The notes under the pieces are model-generated. The model was not told the DNA's origin and made no database searches. It saw only the letters and a program-made list of their open reading frames with translations. A DNA stretch of 12,352 nt from the IMG/VR virus record IMGVR_UViG_3300021279_000011, one strand, 5' to 3'. Positions 1 through 6,592 of this stretch are shown piece by piece. Each line of letters starts with the position of its first letter. The first letter of the stretch is position 1. The position numbers and the translations under genes were made by a program. Origin of the DNA: a virus (Duplodnaviria > Heunggongvirae > Uroviricota > Caudoviricetes).

Positions 1-165
1 TCTGTGTGCTGTATCTTCTTTCGGGTGGGTACAGGGCAGTGCGCGATTGCTGGCGCAGGCAGATTGATAAAAGGGCCGCAGAGAAAATCAGCGCCAGTCA
101 GTCAGCCGGAAGCAAACCCGAAGAGCCCATTACTCCTTAACAACCCCTTTCAACGAGAAAACCCT

Positions 166-450
166 ATGTCAGAAGTAAAACCCCTGGTCACTGCTGATGC
201 AGTGAAAGACGCGCTGCGCTCAGAAGATGTGCGTGGAGCACTGAAACAGAAAGTCCGCCAGACATTTGAAGCGCAGATAGAAGCAGATGTGGATGCGATT
301 CTGGATACGATACTGGGAGAGCAGCCAGGCGAACAGCCAGAGCCGGAACCGCAACCGGAAGATATCACCTCAGAAAACGGCGATATTCAACCGGAATCAC
401 CGGTGGTTGATGCGACTGAAGCACAACCTGAACCGGGCACCATGCTGTAA
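166..450 (+). CDS. Hypothetical small acidic protein (94 aa) upstream of the lysis cassette
   Basis: ATG at 166 in the frame of track ORF 4..450, stop TAA 448-450. Weak SD-like GAG about 8 nt upstream. The C-terminus is Pro/Glu-rich low complexity (PEPEPQPE). The in-frame sequence upstream of 166 (CCIFFRVG...) does not look protein-like, so 166 is the preferred start. Family not recognised. Confidence 0.4.
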   Translation: MSEVKPLVTADAVKDALRSEDVRGALKQKVRQTFEAQIEADVDAILDTILGEQPGEQPEPEPQPEDITSENGDIQPESPVVDATEAQPEPGTML

Positions 451-461
451 GGGTGAGTCAG

Positions 462-491
462 GGCCATCAGTAAAGTACTGCTGGCCTTTTT
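462..491 (+). terminator. Rho-independent terminator-like hairpin (possible tR' analogue) just upstream of the holin
   Basis: GGCCATCAG (462-470), loop TAAAGTA, CTGCTGGCC (478-486) pairs 8 of 9 positions, followed by TTTTT (487-491). It lies between the stop at 450 and the holin start. Confidence 0.5.
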
Positions 492-525
492 CATGTTGTG
501 AGCTTCCGTGTGCGGGAGACGGGGT

Positions 526-741
526 ATGTACCAGATGGAAAAAATCACAACAGGTGTGTCATACACCACGTCAGCGGTGGGAACGGGCTACTGGTTCCTG
601 CAGTTGCTGGACAAAGTCTCCCCGTCTCAGTGGGCGGCAATAGGCGTGCTGGGGAGTCTGCTGTTTGGGCTGCTGACATATCTGACGAACCTGTATTTCA
701 AAATCAAAGAGGACCGGCGTAAGGCCGCCCGGGGAGAGTGA
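526..741 (+). CDS. S: Class II holin, phage 21 S21-type pinholin (71-aa and 68-aa forms from dual start)
   Basis: The translation [71 protein letters not shown] closely matches the S21/EssD-type pinholin as recalled (two TMDs, C-terminal [13 protein letters not shown]). In-frame ATGs at 526 and 535 reproduce the S21 71/68 dual-start spacing. GGGAG at 514-518 lies 7 nt before ATG 526. Stop TGA 739-741. Confidence 0.85.
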   Translation: MYQMEKITTGVSYTTSAVGTGYWFLQLLDKVSPSQWAAIGVLGSLLFGLLTYLTNLYFKIKEDRRKAARGE

Positions 742-744
742 ATA

Positions 745-1302
745 ATGAACCATGAAGAAATGAATCAGCGCTTCAGTCGCCTGGAAAATGAAATTGCTGA
801 ACTGAATAAAAAACTGTCGACGCTGATGCCTTCTGAAGATGAAAAAAAACGCCGCGATGAGCAGTTTGCTGCGTTTGACGATTATTGTCGGAAAGTGATG
901 AGCAGAAATCTCGCAGAGTGTTTCAGTATTCATAATGATAATTTCAGTGAGCTGGAATGGGAGTGTAACCGGCCATCCTTTGTTGTATCCGGTGATGGTG
1001 TGAAAATAACCATCTCAGAAAATGGGAAAGTAACACCTCCATCGCACCAGCACAGTGAGGAGCTCATTGAATTTGCCATTGATTACCTGAAGAACAATAA
1101 AAAACAGGGGCTGATGCAGCGCATTGGTCGTTGCATGGGGTATCTGCAGGTAGCCGCTGAGATTGAAGCGCTGGCCAGTGGTGCGGACAAGGATTCAGTT
1201 GTGCGGGAGGCACTTCTTCGTGATTTTGATCATCTGCCCTTTAAAAAAGTGCCGGCTTACTGGCTTCATCCCGGACTGACTTATCTGAAAGTGCGTATTT
1301 AG
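745..1302 (+). CDS. Hypothetical 185-aa protein inserted between holin and endolysin (accessory/moron candidate)
   Basis: ATG 745 follows the holin stop by 3 nt, with GGGAGAG 6-8 nt upstream; stop TAG 1300-1302. Predicted soluble, with an N-terminal coiled-coil-like segment (RLENEIAELNKKLSTL) and no TM segment. Hand count of the first 120 nt gives about 43% GC, against about 52% for the first 120 nt of the portal gene. Family not recognised. Confidence 0.6.
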   Translation: MNHEEMNQRFSRLENEIAELNKKLSTLMPSEDEKKRRDEQFAAFDDYCRKVMSRNLAECFSIHNDNFSELEWECNRPSFVVSGDGVKITISENGKVTPPSHQHSEELIEFAIDYLKNNKKQGLMQRIGRCMGYLQVAAEIEALASGADKDSVVREALLRDFDHLPFKKVPAYWLHPGLTYLKVRI

Positions 1303-1338
1303 TGGGACTGGGACAGCGGCTGAATATTTAATATATCC

Positions 1339-1872
1339 ATGAACACAAAAATCAAATACGGCCTGTCGGCTGCCGTTCTGGCGTTGATTGCCGCAGGGGC
1401 TTCTGCGCCTGAAATCCTCGACCAGTTTCTGGATGAAAAGGAAGGCAACCACACCACGGCATACCGTGATGGTGCGGGTATCTGGACCATCTGCCGAGGT
1501 GCCATCATGGTGGATGGTAAGCCTGTGATTCCTGGCATGAAGCTGTCGAAGGAAAAATGCGACCAGGTTAACGCCATTGAGCGTGATAAGGCGCTGGCAT
1601 GGGTGGAGAAAAACATCAAAGTGCCACTGACTGAACCCCAGAAAGCGGGTATTGCGTCATTCTGTCCTTACAACATTGGCCCCGGTAAGTGTTTCAGCTC
1701 AACGTTTTACCGGAAACTGAACGCCGGAGACCGTAAAGGCGCATGTGCTGAAATTCGTCGCTGGATATATGACGGTGGTCAGGACTGCCGTATTCGTTCA
1801 AACAACTGTTACGGTCAGGTATCCCGTCGTGACCAGGAGAGCGCGCTGGCGTGCTGGGAAATCGACAGATAA
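1339..1872 (+). CDS. R: SAR endolysin (phage 21 R21 / RrrD-RrrQ-type lysozyme, glycoside hydrolase family 24)
   Basis: The translation MNTKIKYGLSAAVLALIAAGASAPEILDQFLDEKEGNHTTAYRDGAGIWTICRG... has the N-terminal signal-anchor-release hydrophobic segment and the E-x8-D-x5-T catalytic arrangement of T4-lysozyme-like SAR endolysins. It is near-identical over most of its length to E. coli cryptic-prophage lysozymes as I recall them. Stop TAA 1870-1872. Confidence 0.9.
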   Translation: MNTKIKYGLSAAVLALIAAGASAPEILDQFLDEKEGNHTTAYRDGAGIWTICRGAIMVDGKPVIPGMKLSKEKCDQVNAIERDKALAWVEKNIKVPLTEPQKAGIASFCPYNIGPGKCFSSTFYRKLNAGDRKGACAEIRRWIYDGGQDCRIRSNNCYGQVSRRDQESALACWEIDR

Positions 1873-1981
1873 GCAGAATATTTTGCTGAAAAATGAGGTT
1901 TGCTCACATGGACGTATAACACGAAATCCTGCAAATTGGCAAAATGTAAGTGAATAAAGTCAAAACAGTTGTTTAACACTC

Positions 1982-2008
1982 AGGCACCGTAATGGTGCCT
2001 TTGTCATT
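1982..2008 (+). terminator. Hairpin with T-rich tail downstream of the endolysin (possible terminator)
   Basis: AGGCACC (1982-1988), loop GTAAT, GGTGCCT (1994-2000) is a perfect 7-bp stem, followed by TTGTCATTT. Confidence 0.35.
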
Positions 2009-2011
2009 TCT

Positions 2012-2033
2012 GCGCATCTCACGCGCATCTCAC
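2012..2033. repeat. Perfect tandem direct repeat, 2 x 11 bp (GCGCATCTCAC)
   Basis: GCGCATCTCAC at 2012-2022 is repeated exactly at 2023-2033, about 110 bp upstream of the ATG at 2143. Confidence 0.6.
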
Positions 2034-2142
2034 AACACAGAACCTTTCAGGATGACCCTTGAGGATACCGGTTTGGCTGTCGGTGCCTTTCTGTGGGCTG
2101 GATTCCTGTGAGACAAGGTTCATCACTAAAAGGAAATAACCG

Positions 2143-2712
2143 ATGAATATGATGACCGTGCCGTTTCACGGCAACTCTCTTTATGTAGTTAACCATAATG
2201 GCGAGCCATACGTTCCCATGAAACCTGTCGTTGCGGGGATGGGGCTGGCCTGGCAATCACAGTTGGCTAAGTTAAGACAGCGTTTTGCGTCAACTATAAC
2301 GGAAATCGTTATGGTTGCTGAGGATGGGAAACAACGCAATATGGTGTCCATGCCACTTCGAAAACTTGCCGGCTGGCTACAAACTATTAATCCCAACAAA
2401 GTAAAACCCGAAATCCGCGATAAGGTCATCCGGTATCAGGAAGAGTGCGACGATGTTCTTTACGAGTACTGGACGAAGGGTTTTGTCGTTAATCCCCGTA
2501 AAATGAGCGTGATGGAAGAACTCAACCAGGCTTGTGCTGACATGAAACGGGATAAAAACATTGCCAGTGTGTTTGCTACCGGGCTGAATGAGTGGAAACA
2601 GGTTAAAGCCGCGCATGTATCAAAAATCCGTACGCTGGTAAATGAAGCGAATATGCTGATTGATTTTGTCCTGGCTGATACAGGCAAAGGGAAAATAACA
2701 AAGGCGGATTGA
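2143..2712 (+). CDS. Antirepressor-like protein (P22-type antirepressor N-terminal-domain-like), 189 aa
   Basis: The N-terminus MNMMTVPFHGNSLYVVNHNGEPYVPMKPVVAGMGLAWQSQLAKL resembles the N-terminal domain of P22-type antirepressor proteins, by recollection only. AAGGA lies about 9 nt upstream of ATG 2143. Stop TGA 2710-2712. Confidence 0.65.
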   Translation: MNMMTVPFHGNSLYVVNHNGEPYVPMKPVVAGMGLAWQSQLAKLRQRFASTITEIVMVAEDGKQRNMVSMPLRKLAGWLQTINPNKVKPEIRDKVIRYQEECDDVLYEYWTKGFVVNPRKMSVMEELNQACADMKRDKNIASVFATGLNEWKQVKAAHVSKIRTLVNEANMLIDFVLADTGKGKITKAD

Positions 2713-2858
2713 TGGGGTGGCTAATGATATCAGATAAACTCATAACGCTGGTGAAGAGCCTCTGTGTACTTGTCGGCATTTCATTTTCACTAATGCTGGT
2801 TGCTCTTTTTCTTTCCATGGCCTGGATGGCGTTGACTTCGGCAGGGCTGGTGGGGTGA
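2712..2858 (+). CDS. Small hydrophobic membrane protein (48 aa), translationally coupled, absent from the ORF track
   Basis: ATG 2712 overlaps the upstream stop (TGATG), with a second in-frame ATG at 2724. The translation MGWLMISDKLITLVKSLCVLVGISFSLMLVALFLSMAWMALTSAGLVG is almost entirely hydrophobic (one or two TM helices). Stop TGA 2856-2858 overlaps the Rz GTG start at 2855 (GTGA). Confidence 0.4.
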   Translation: MGWLMISDKLITLVKSLCVLVGISFSLMLVALFLSMAWMALTSAGLVG

Positions 2859-3328
2859 GCATAAACCGAATGCTTTCCGCGTTTACCGTTATTCTGCTGG
2901 TGGTCTGTGGTGCGCTTAGTCTGGGGCTGAATCATTACCGCGATAACGCCATAACCTACAAAGCGCAGCGCGATAAAAAAGTCAGTGAGCTGGAGCTGGC
3001 AAATGCAACCATTACTGATATGCAGCAGCGCCAGCGTGATGTTGCTGCACTTGATGCCAGATACTCGAGGGAATTAGCCGATGCGAGAGCTGAAAATGAA
3101 ACTCTGCGTGCTGATGTTGCCGCTGGTCGTAAGCGCCTGCGGATCAACGCCACCTGCCCCGGTACCGTGCGTGAAGCCACCGGCACCTCCGGCGTGGGCA
3201 ATGATGCCGCCGTCGAACTCTCTCCGGTTGCTGGACGAAACGTTCTCGGTATCAGAGACGGAATCATCAGCGACCAGGCAGCATTGAGAATGCTTCAGGA
3301 ATATATCCGCACTCAGTGTATTAACTAG
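2855..3328 (+). CDS. Rz: Rz i-spanin (inner-membrane spanin subunit)
   Basis: The translation ...LNHYRDNAITYKAQRDKKVSELELANATITDMQQRQRDVAALDARYSRELADARAENETLRADVAAGRKRL... closely matches lambda Rz as recalled (N-terminal TMD, coiled-coil periplasmic domain). Start is GTG 2855 or the in-frame ATG 2870. Stop TAG 3326-3328. Confidence 0.9.
   Translation: MSINRMLSAFTVILLVVCGALSLGLNHYRDNAITYKAQRDKKVSELELANATITDMQQRQRDVAALDARYSRELADARAENETLRADVAAGRKRLRINATCPGTVREATGTSGVGNDAAVELSPVAGRNVLGIRDGIISDQAALRMLQEYIRTQCIN
3081..3287 (+). CDS. Rz1: Rz1 o-spanin lipoprotein, embedded in the +1 frame of Rz
   Basis: MRELKMKLCVLMLPLVVSAC has the lipobox LVVSAC with Cys at residue 20, the same position as in lambda Rz1, followed by a proline-rich mature region (GSTPPAPVPCVKPPAPPAWAMMPP). 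Fully nested within Rz, as in lambda. Alternative start ATG 3096. Confidence 0.85.
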   Translation: MRELKMKLCVLMLPLVVSACGSTPPAPVPCVKPPAPPAWAMMPPSNSLRLLDETFSVSETESSATRQH

Positions 3329-3351
3329 TATTTTTGTTATTCGGAGAATGC

Positions 3352-3576
3352 ATGAAGAAATTACTGGTAACCGTAAAGCCTTTTCAGGGAACAATTCCGT
3401 TCCGTATTTTGCAGCGTGGTCGTGTTCTTGTTGAAGGTTCGTTCAGTGGTAAATGTACGCAATTACACTCCCGGACCTTTCAGGTGAATGCCACGAATGA
3501 AGAGCTAACCGTTGAGTGTACGATGAATGCCGCTAAATGCCGCATGGTATCTGCTGCATTACAGCCAGTGTGTTGA
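3352..3576 (+). CDS. Hypothetical 74-aa Cys-containing protein downstream of Rz
   Basis: ATG 3352 preceded by GGAGA (3343-3347). The translation is MKKLLVTVKPFQGTIPFRILQRGRVLVEGSFSGKCTQLHSRTFQVNATNEELTVECTMNAAKCRMVSAALQPVC. No signal peptide or lipobox, and not similar to lambda Bor. Coding status uncertain. Confidence 0.35.
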   Translation: MKKLLVTVKPFQGTIPFRILQRGRVLVEGSFSGKCTQLHSRTFQVNATNEELTVECTMNAAKCRMVSAALQPVC

Positions 3577-3778
3577 GCAAGCTTATTATCCATGCGCGGT
3601 ATCGTCGCCGTATTCCCGTATTAACAGAGACCGCAGCCCGACAGGGAGACTCCTCTGCGCGAGTGTGCGGGGATAATCAAAAACGATACACACCGGGGTT
3701 TACCGCGTTAACGGAGCGCGGCGTTGTCCCCTCATGGTCGCTGGTCCGGTGCGATGGTGGAAGAAACCGGACTACATT

Positions 3779-3803
3779 AAAAATGATAACCATTATCATT
3801 TTT
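3779..3803. repeat. Perfect 11-bp inverted repeat with 3-nt spacer (25-bp palindrome) upstream of the cosN-like motif
   Basis: AAAAATGATAA (3779-3789), CCA, TTATCATTTTT (3793-3803); the arms are exact reverse complements. A second inverted repeat, GTCCGGT (3744-3750) / ACCGGAC (3766-3772), lies just upstream. Confidence 0.6.
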
Positions 3804-3832
3804 GCGGGTCCTCCTGGTGGGGTGGGTCTGAA

Positions 3833-3851
3833 CACGGGGCGGGCGGCGCGG
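3833..3851. other. cosN-like cohesive-end motif (terminase cleavage region)
   Basis: ACGGGGCGGGCGGCGCGG resembles the lambda cos junction ACGGGGCGGCGACCT as recalled, at the lambda-equivalent position about 150 bp upstream of the small-terminase start and followed by an AT-rich cosB-like region (3900-3985). The exact nick positions cannot be read from sequence. Confidence 0.45.
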
Positions 3852-3995
3852 AAAAAGGCGCATTTTTTGATTTTTATGGCACCATCACCACCAGTGTAAG
3901 TTATTGATATATAGAAAAATAAAAATTTTTAGTGTCGAATTTGGTTGTTTTTTGTTCATCACTGGCGTGTATTTACATAATTTTCAGGGGGAGTT

Positions 3996-4472
3996 ATGGA
4001 TCGTGAATTAAAAAATCTGCATCTGAATATTTCCCAACTGGCCGCATTATCCGGTGCTCATCGACAGACTGTTGCGGCTCGGGTAAAAAACATAAGCCCA
4101 ACCGGTGGTCATGAGAGCAATCTCAAACTGTACCGACTGACAGATATCCTTGCCGAGCTGATGAAAGCTCCTCTGCCTGTAGATAACGAGGAAATGGATC
4201 CTCATGCGCGTAAAGCATGGTACCAGTCAGAACGTGACCGACTGAAATTTGAGCAGGAAACTGGTCAGCTTGTGCCAGTCAGTGATGTCAGGCGGTCCTT
4301 TTCTGTCGTGGTGAAAGCGATAGTTCAGGTACTGGAAACCTGGCCTGACCGGCTGGAGAGGGACAGGGGGTGGACCGCATCACAACTGAATGAAGTACAG
4401 ATTGTGGTTGATGAGATCCGCGACACACTGGAAAAGGCAGTCATTGACTGCTGTGATGAGGCCGATATGTGA
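3996..4472 (+). CDS. Nu1: Terminase small subunit (lambda Nu1-like)
   Basis: First gene after the cos-like region. N-terminal HTH-like segment (NISQLAALSGAHRQTVAARV) and overall Nu1-like organisation and size (158 aa). AGGGGGAG precedes ATG 3996. The stop overlaps the large-terminase start (ATGTGA). Confidence 0.8.
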   Translation: MDRELKNLHLNISQLAALSGAHRQTVAARVKNISPTGGHESNLKLYRLTDILAELMKAPLPVDNEEMDPHARKAWYQSERDRLKFEQETGQLVPVSDVRRSFSVVVKAIVQVLETWPDRLERDRGWTASQLNEVQIVVDEIRDTLEKAVIDCCDEADM

Positions 4473-6592
4473 ATCAGGTGAACGAGAGCCATAGCCGCGC
4501 ATCCGATATCTGGCGCGAAGTGGCCTCGCTGTTTCGCCCACCTGGCCGGTTACCAGTAGCGGAAGCCATCAGGCGTTATATGCGGGTACCACGGGGAGCC
4601 AATACTTCCGGTCCGTGGGAGTCATCGCTGACGCCCTATATGATTGACCCCATTAATACATTATCAGCCCGTGAATATGACGCGGTGGTGTTTGTGGGAC
4701 CTGCGCGAACCGGGAAAACCGAAGGGCTGATTGATGGCTGGATTGTGTACGGCATCATCTGTGATCCGGCGGATATGCTGGTGGTGCAGATGACTGAGAC
4801 GAAGGCGCGTGAGCATTCCAGAACGCGTCTTTCCAGGACGTTTCGCCACAGTCCGGAGGTCAGCAAGCGCCTCAGTCCTTCCCGTAATGACAACAACGTC
4901 CACGATAAAATGTTTCTTGACGGCTCCTTCCTGAAGATTGGCTGGCCGTCGATCACTGTATTTTCCTCTTCGGATTACCGTCGTGTGGCGCTGACGGATT
5001 ATGACCGTTTCCCTGAAAACGTGGACGGGGAAGGGGATGCCTTCACGCTGGCCTCAAAGCGTACCACCACCTTTATGTCCTCGGGGATGACCCTGGTCGA
5101 GAGTTCACCGGGGCGGGATATCACTGACACCAAATGGCGTTGTGGTGGCGCACATGAGGCACCGCCAACAACGGGGATCCTGTCACTGTATAACCGGGGA
5201 GACCGCCGCCGGTGGTACTGGCCGTGTCCGCACTGCGGGGAATATTTTCAGCCGGTGATGGATAACATGACCGGTTACCGGAATAACCCTGATTTTGTGG
5301 CTGCCGGGCAGGCGGCCCGCCTGATGTGTCCGCACTGCCGCGGCCTGATTGCTCCGGAACAGAAGCGTGAACTGAATAACCAGGGGATCTGGCTGCGGGA
5401 AGGCGAACGGGCAGCGGCGGATGGCAGTATCACCGGAACCCCCCGAAATTCCAGAATAGCAAGTTTTTGGATGGAGGGGCCGGCTGCGGCGTTTCAGACC
5501 TGGGAACAACTGATTTTTAAACTGCTGGCGGCAGAAGAAGAGTATGAGCGAACCGGCAGTGAAGAGACCCTGAAAGCGGTGGTGAACACCGATATCGGAC
5601 GACCCTATCTGCCCCGTTCAGCCACGGAACAGCGTAAAAGTGAACTGCTTGAACAGCGTGCCGAGCCGTTTCCCCGGCGATCTGTGCCGGATGGTGTGCG
5701 TTTTATTGAGGCAACGGTTGACGTACAGGGCGGTAAAAATCGCCGTTTTGTTGTGCAGATCACCGGATACGGAGAGCAGGGGGAACGCTGGATTGTTGAT
5801 CGCTACAACATCCGGCATTCACTGCGCTGCAGTCCCAACGGTGAAAGTCTGCCGGTTGATCCGGCGGCATATCCGGAGGACTGGGATTTGTTGCTGACGG
5901 ATGTGTTCCATAAAACATGGCCGCTGGCTTCTGATCCGGATGTGCGCATGCGTCTGATGGCCATGGCGGTGGATACGGGAGGGGAAGCCGGGGTGACAGA
6001 TAACGCCTATCGTTTCTGGCGTCGTTGCCGGAGTGACGGACTGGGCAACAGGGTGTTTCTGTTCAAGGGGGATGGTCTTCGCCGTGACAGGCTGATTAAC
6101 CGTACCTTCCCGGATAATACCGGCAGAAGTGCCCGCCGTGCCAGAGCCAGTGGCGATGTCGCGCTGTGGCTGGTTCAGACGGATGCGTTTAAGGACCGTG
6201 TAAATAATGCCCTGTGGCGTGACACACCAGGGCCGAACTATATCCACTTTCCCGACTGGCTGGGGCGGTGGTTTTACGATGAGCTGACCTATGAAGAGCG
6301 CGGCAGTGACGGAAAATGGCGAAAACCGGGCAGGGGCGCTAACGAGGCGTTTGACCTGCTGGTTTATGCGGATGCGCTTGCCGTTCTGCATGGTTACGAA
6401 AAGATCCGCTGGCCCTCCGCACCGGACTGGGCACAGCGGGAAACGTGGCTCGTCTTCCCGCAGGAGCGTTCTGGTGAAACGGTATCCCCGGAACTGACGG
6501 CCGGGGCAGAAAAACGCCGTCGCCGGAAGGAAAAACTGCGCACAGAGCGTGCGGAAGATAATCCATGGATAACATCAGGAGGCTGGTTGTGA
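4469..6592 (+). CDS. A: Terminase large subunit (lambda gpA family)
   Basis: 707 aa. Walker A-like VFVGPARTGKTE; the motif WYWPCPHCGEYFQ parallels lambda gpA ACPHCGEEQY. GTG start 4469 overlaps the Nu1 stop. Stop TGA 6590-6592. Confidence 0.92.
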   Translation: MNQVNESHSRASDIWREVASLFRPPGRLPVAEAIRRYMRVPRGANTSGPWESSLTPYMIDPINTLSAREYDAVVFVGPARTGKTEGLIDGWIVYGIICDPADMLVVQMTETKAREHSRTRLSRTFRHSPEVSKRLSPSRNDNNVHDKMFLDGSFLKIGWPSITVFSSSDYRRVALTDYDRFPENVDGEGDAFTLASKRTTTFMSSGMTLVESSPGRDITDTKWRCGGAHEAPPTTGILSLYNRGDRRRWYWPCPHCGEYFQPVMDNMTGYRNNPDFVAAGQAARLMCPHCRGLIAPEQKRELNNQGIWLREGERAAADGSITGTPRNSRIASFWMEGPAAAFQTWEQLIFKLLAAEEEYERTGSEETLKAVVNTDIGRPYLPRSATEQRKSELLEQRAEPFPRRSVPDGVRFIEATVDVQGGKNRRFVVQITGYGEQGERWIVDRYNIRHSLRCSPNGESLPVDPAAYPEDWDLLLTDVFHKTWPLASDPDVRMRLMAMAVDTGGEAGVTDNAYRFWRRCRSDGLGNRVFLFKGDGLRRDRLINRTFPDNTGRSARRARASGDVALWLVQTDAFKDRVNNALWRDTPGPNYIHFPDWLGRWFYDELTYEERGSDGKWRKPGRGANEAFDLLVYADALAVLHGYEKIRWPSAPDWAQRETWLVFPQERSGETVSPELTAGAEKRRRRKEKLRTERAEDNPWITSGGWL

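Noticed and set aside
4-165. In-frame N-terminal extension of the first ORF (track ORF 4..450 starting at GTG)
   Set aside because: The translated extension (CCIFFRVGTGQCAIAGAG...) is Cys/Gly-rich and not protein-like, and there is no RBS; ATG 166 is the more plausible start. It remains possible that a gene continues from upstream of the window.
287-643. 118-aa + strand ORF overlapping the acidic ORF, terminator and holin start
   Set aside because: It is in a different frame from both supported genes and runs through the terminator hairpin, with no RBS; most likely a spurious frame.
2012-2033. Tandem repeat as a possible CRISPR array
   Set aside because: Only two directly abutting 11-bp copies with no spacers; this is not a CRISPR architecture.
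2603-2935. 110-aa - strand ORF spanning the antirepressor-like 3' end, the micro-ORF and the Rz start
   Set aside because: Antisense to three coupled + strand genes; the + strand interpretation with start/stop overlaps is far more parsimonious.
3537-3899. 120-aa + strand ORF between the post-Rz ORF and the small terminase
   Set aside because: It has no RBS, starts inside the preceding ORF in another frame, and spans the palindrome and cosN-like motif; the interval is better explained as the non-coding cos region.
3941-3981. Possible sigma70 promoter (TTGTTC ... CATAAT) just upstream of the small terminase
   Set aside because: The hexamers are weak and the region is AT-rich, so chance matches are likely. 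Late genes in lambdoid phages are normally transcribed by read-through from the late promoter across cos. Not listed as a feature.
5819-6391. 190-aa - strand ORF inside the large terminase gene
   Set aside because: Entirely antisense to a well-supported, conserved terminase gene. Long antisense frames are expected in GC-rich coding DNA, and there is no independent signal.
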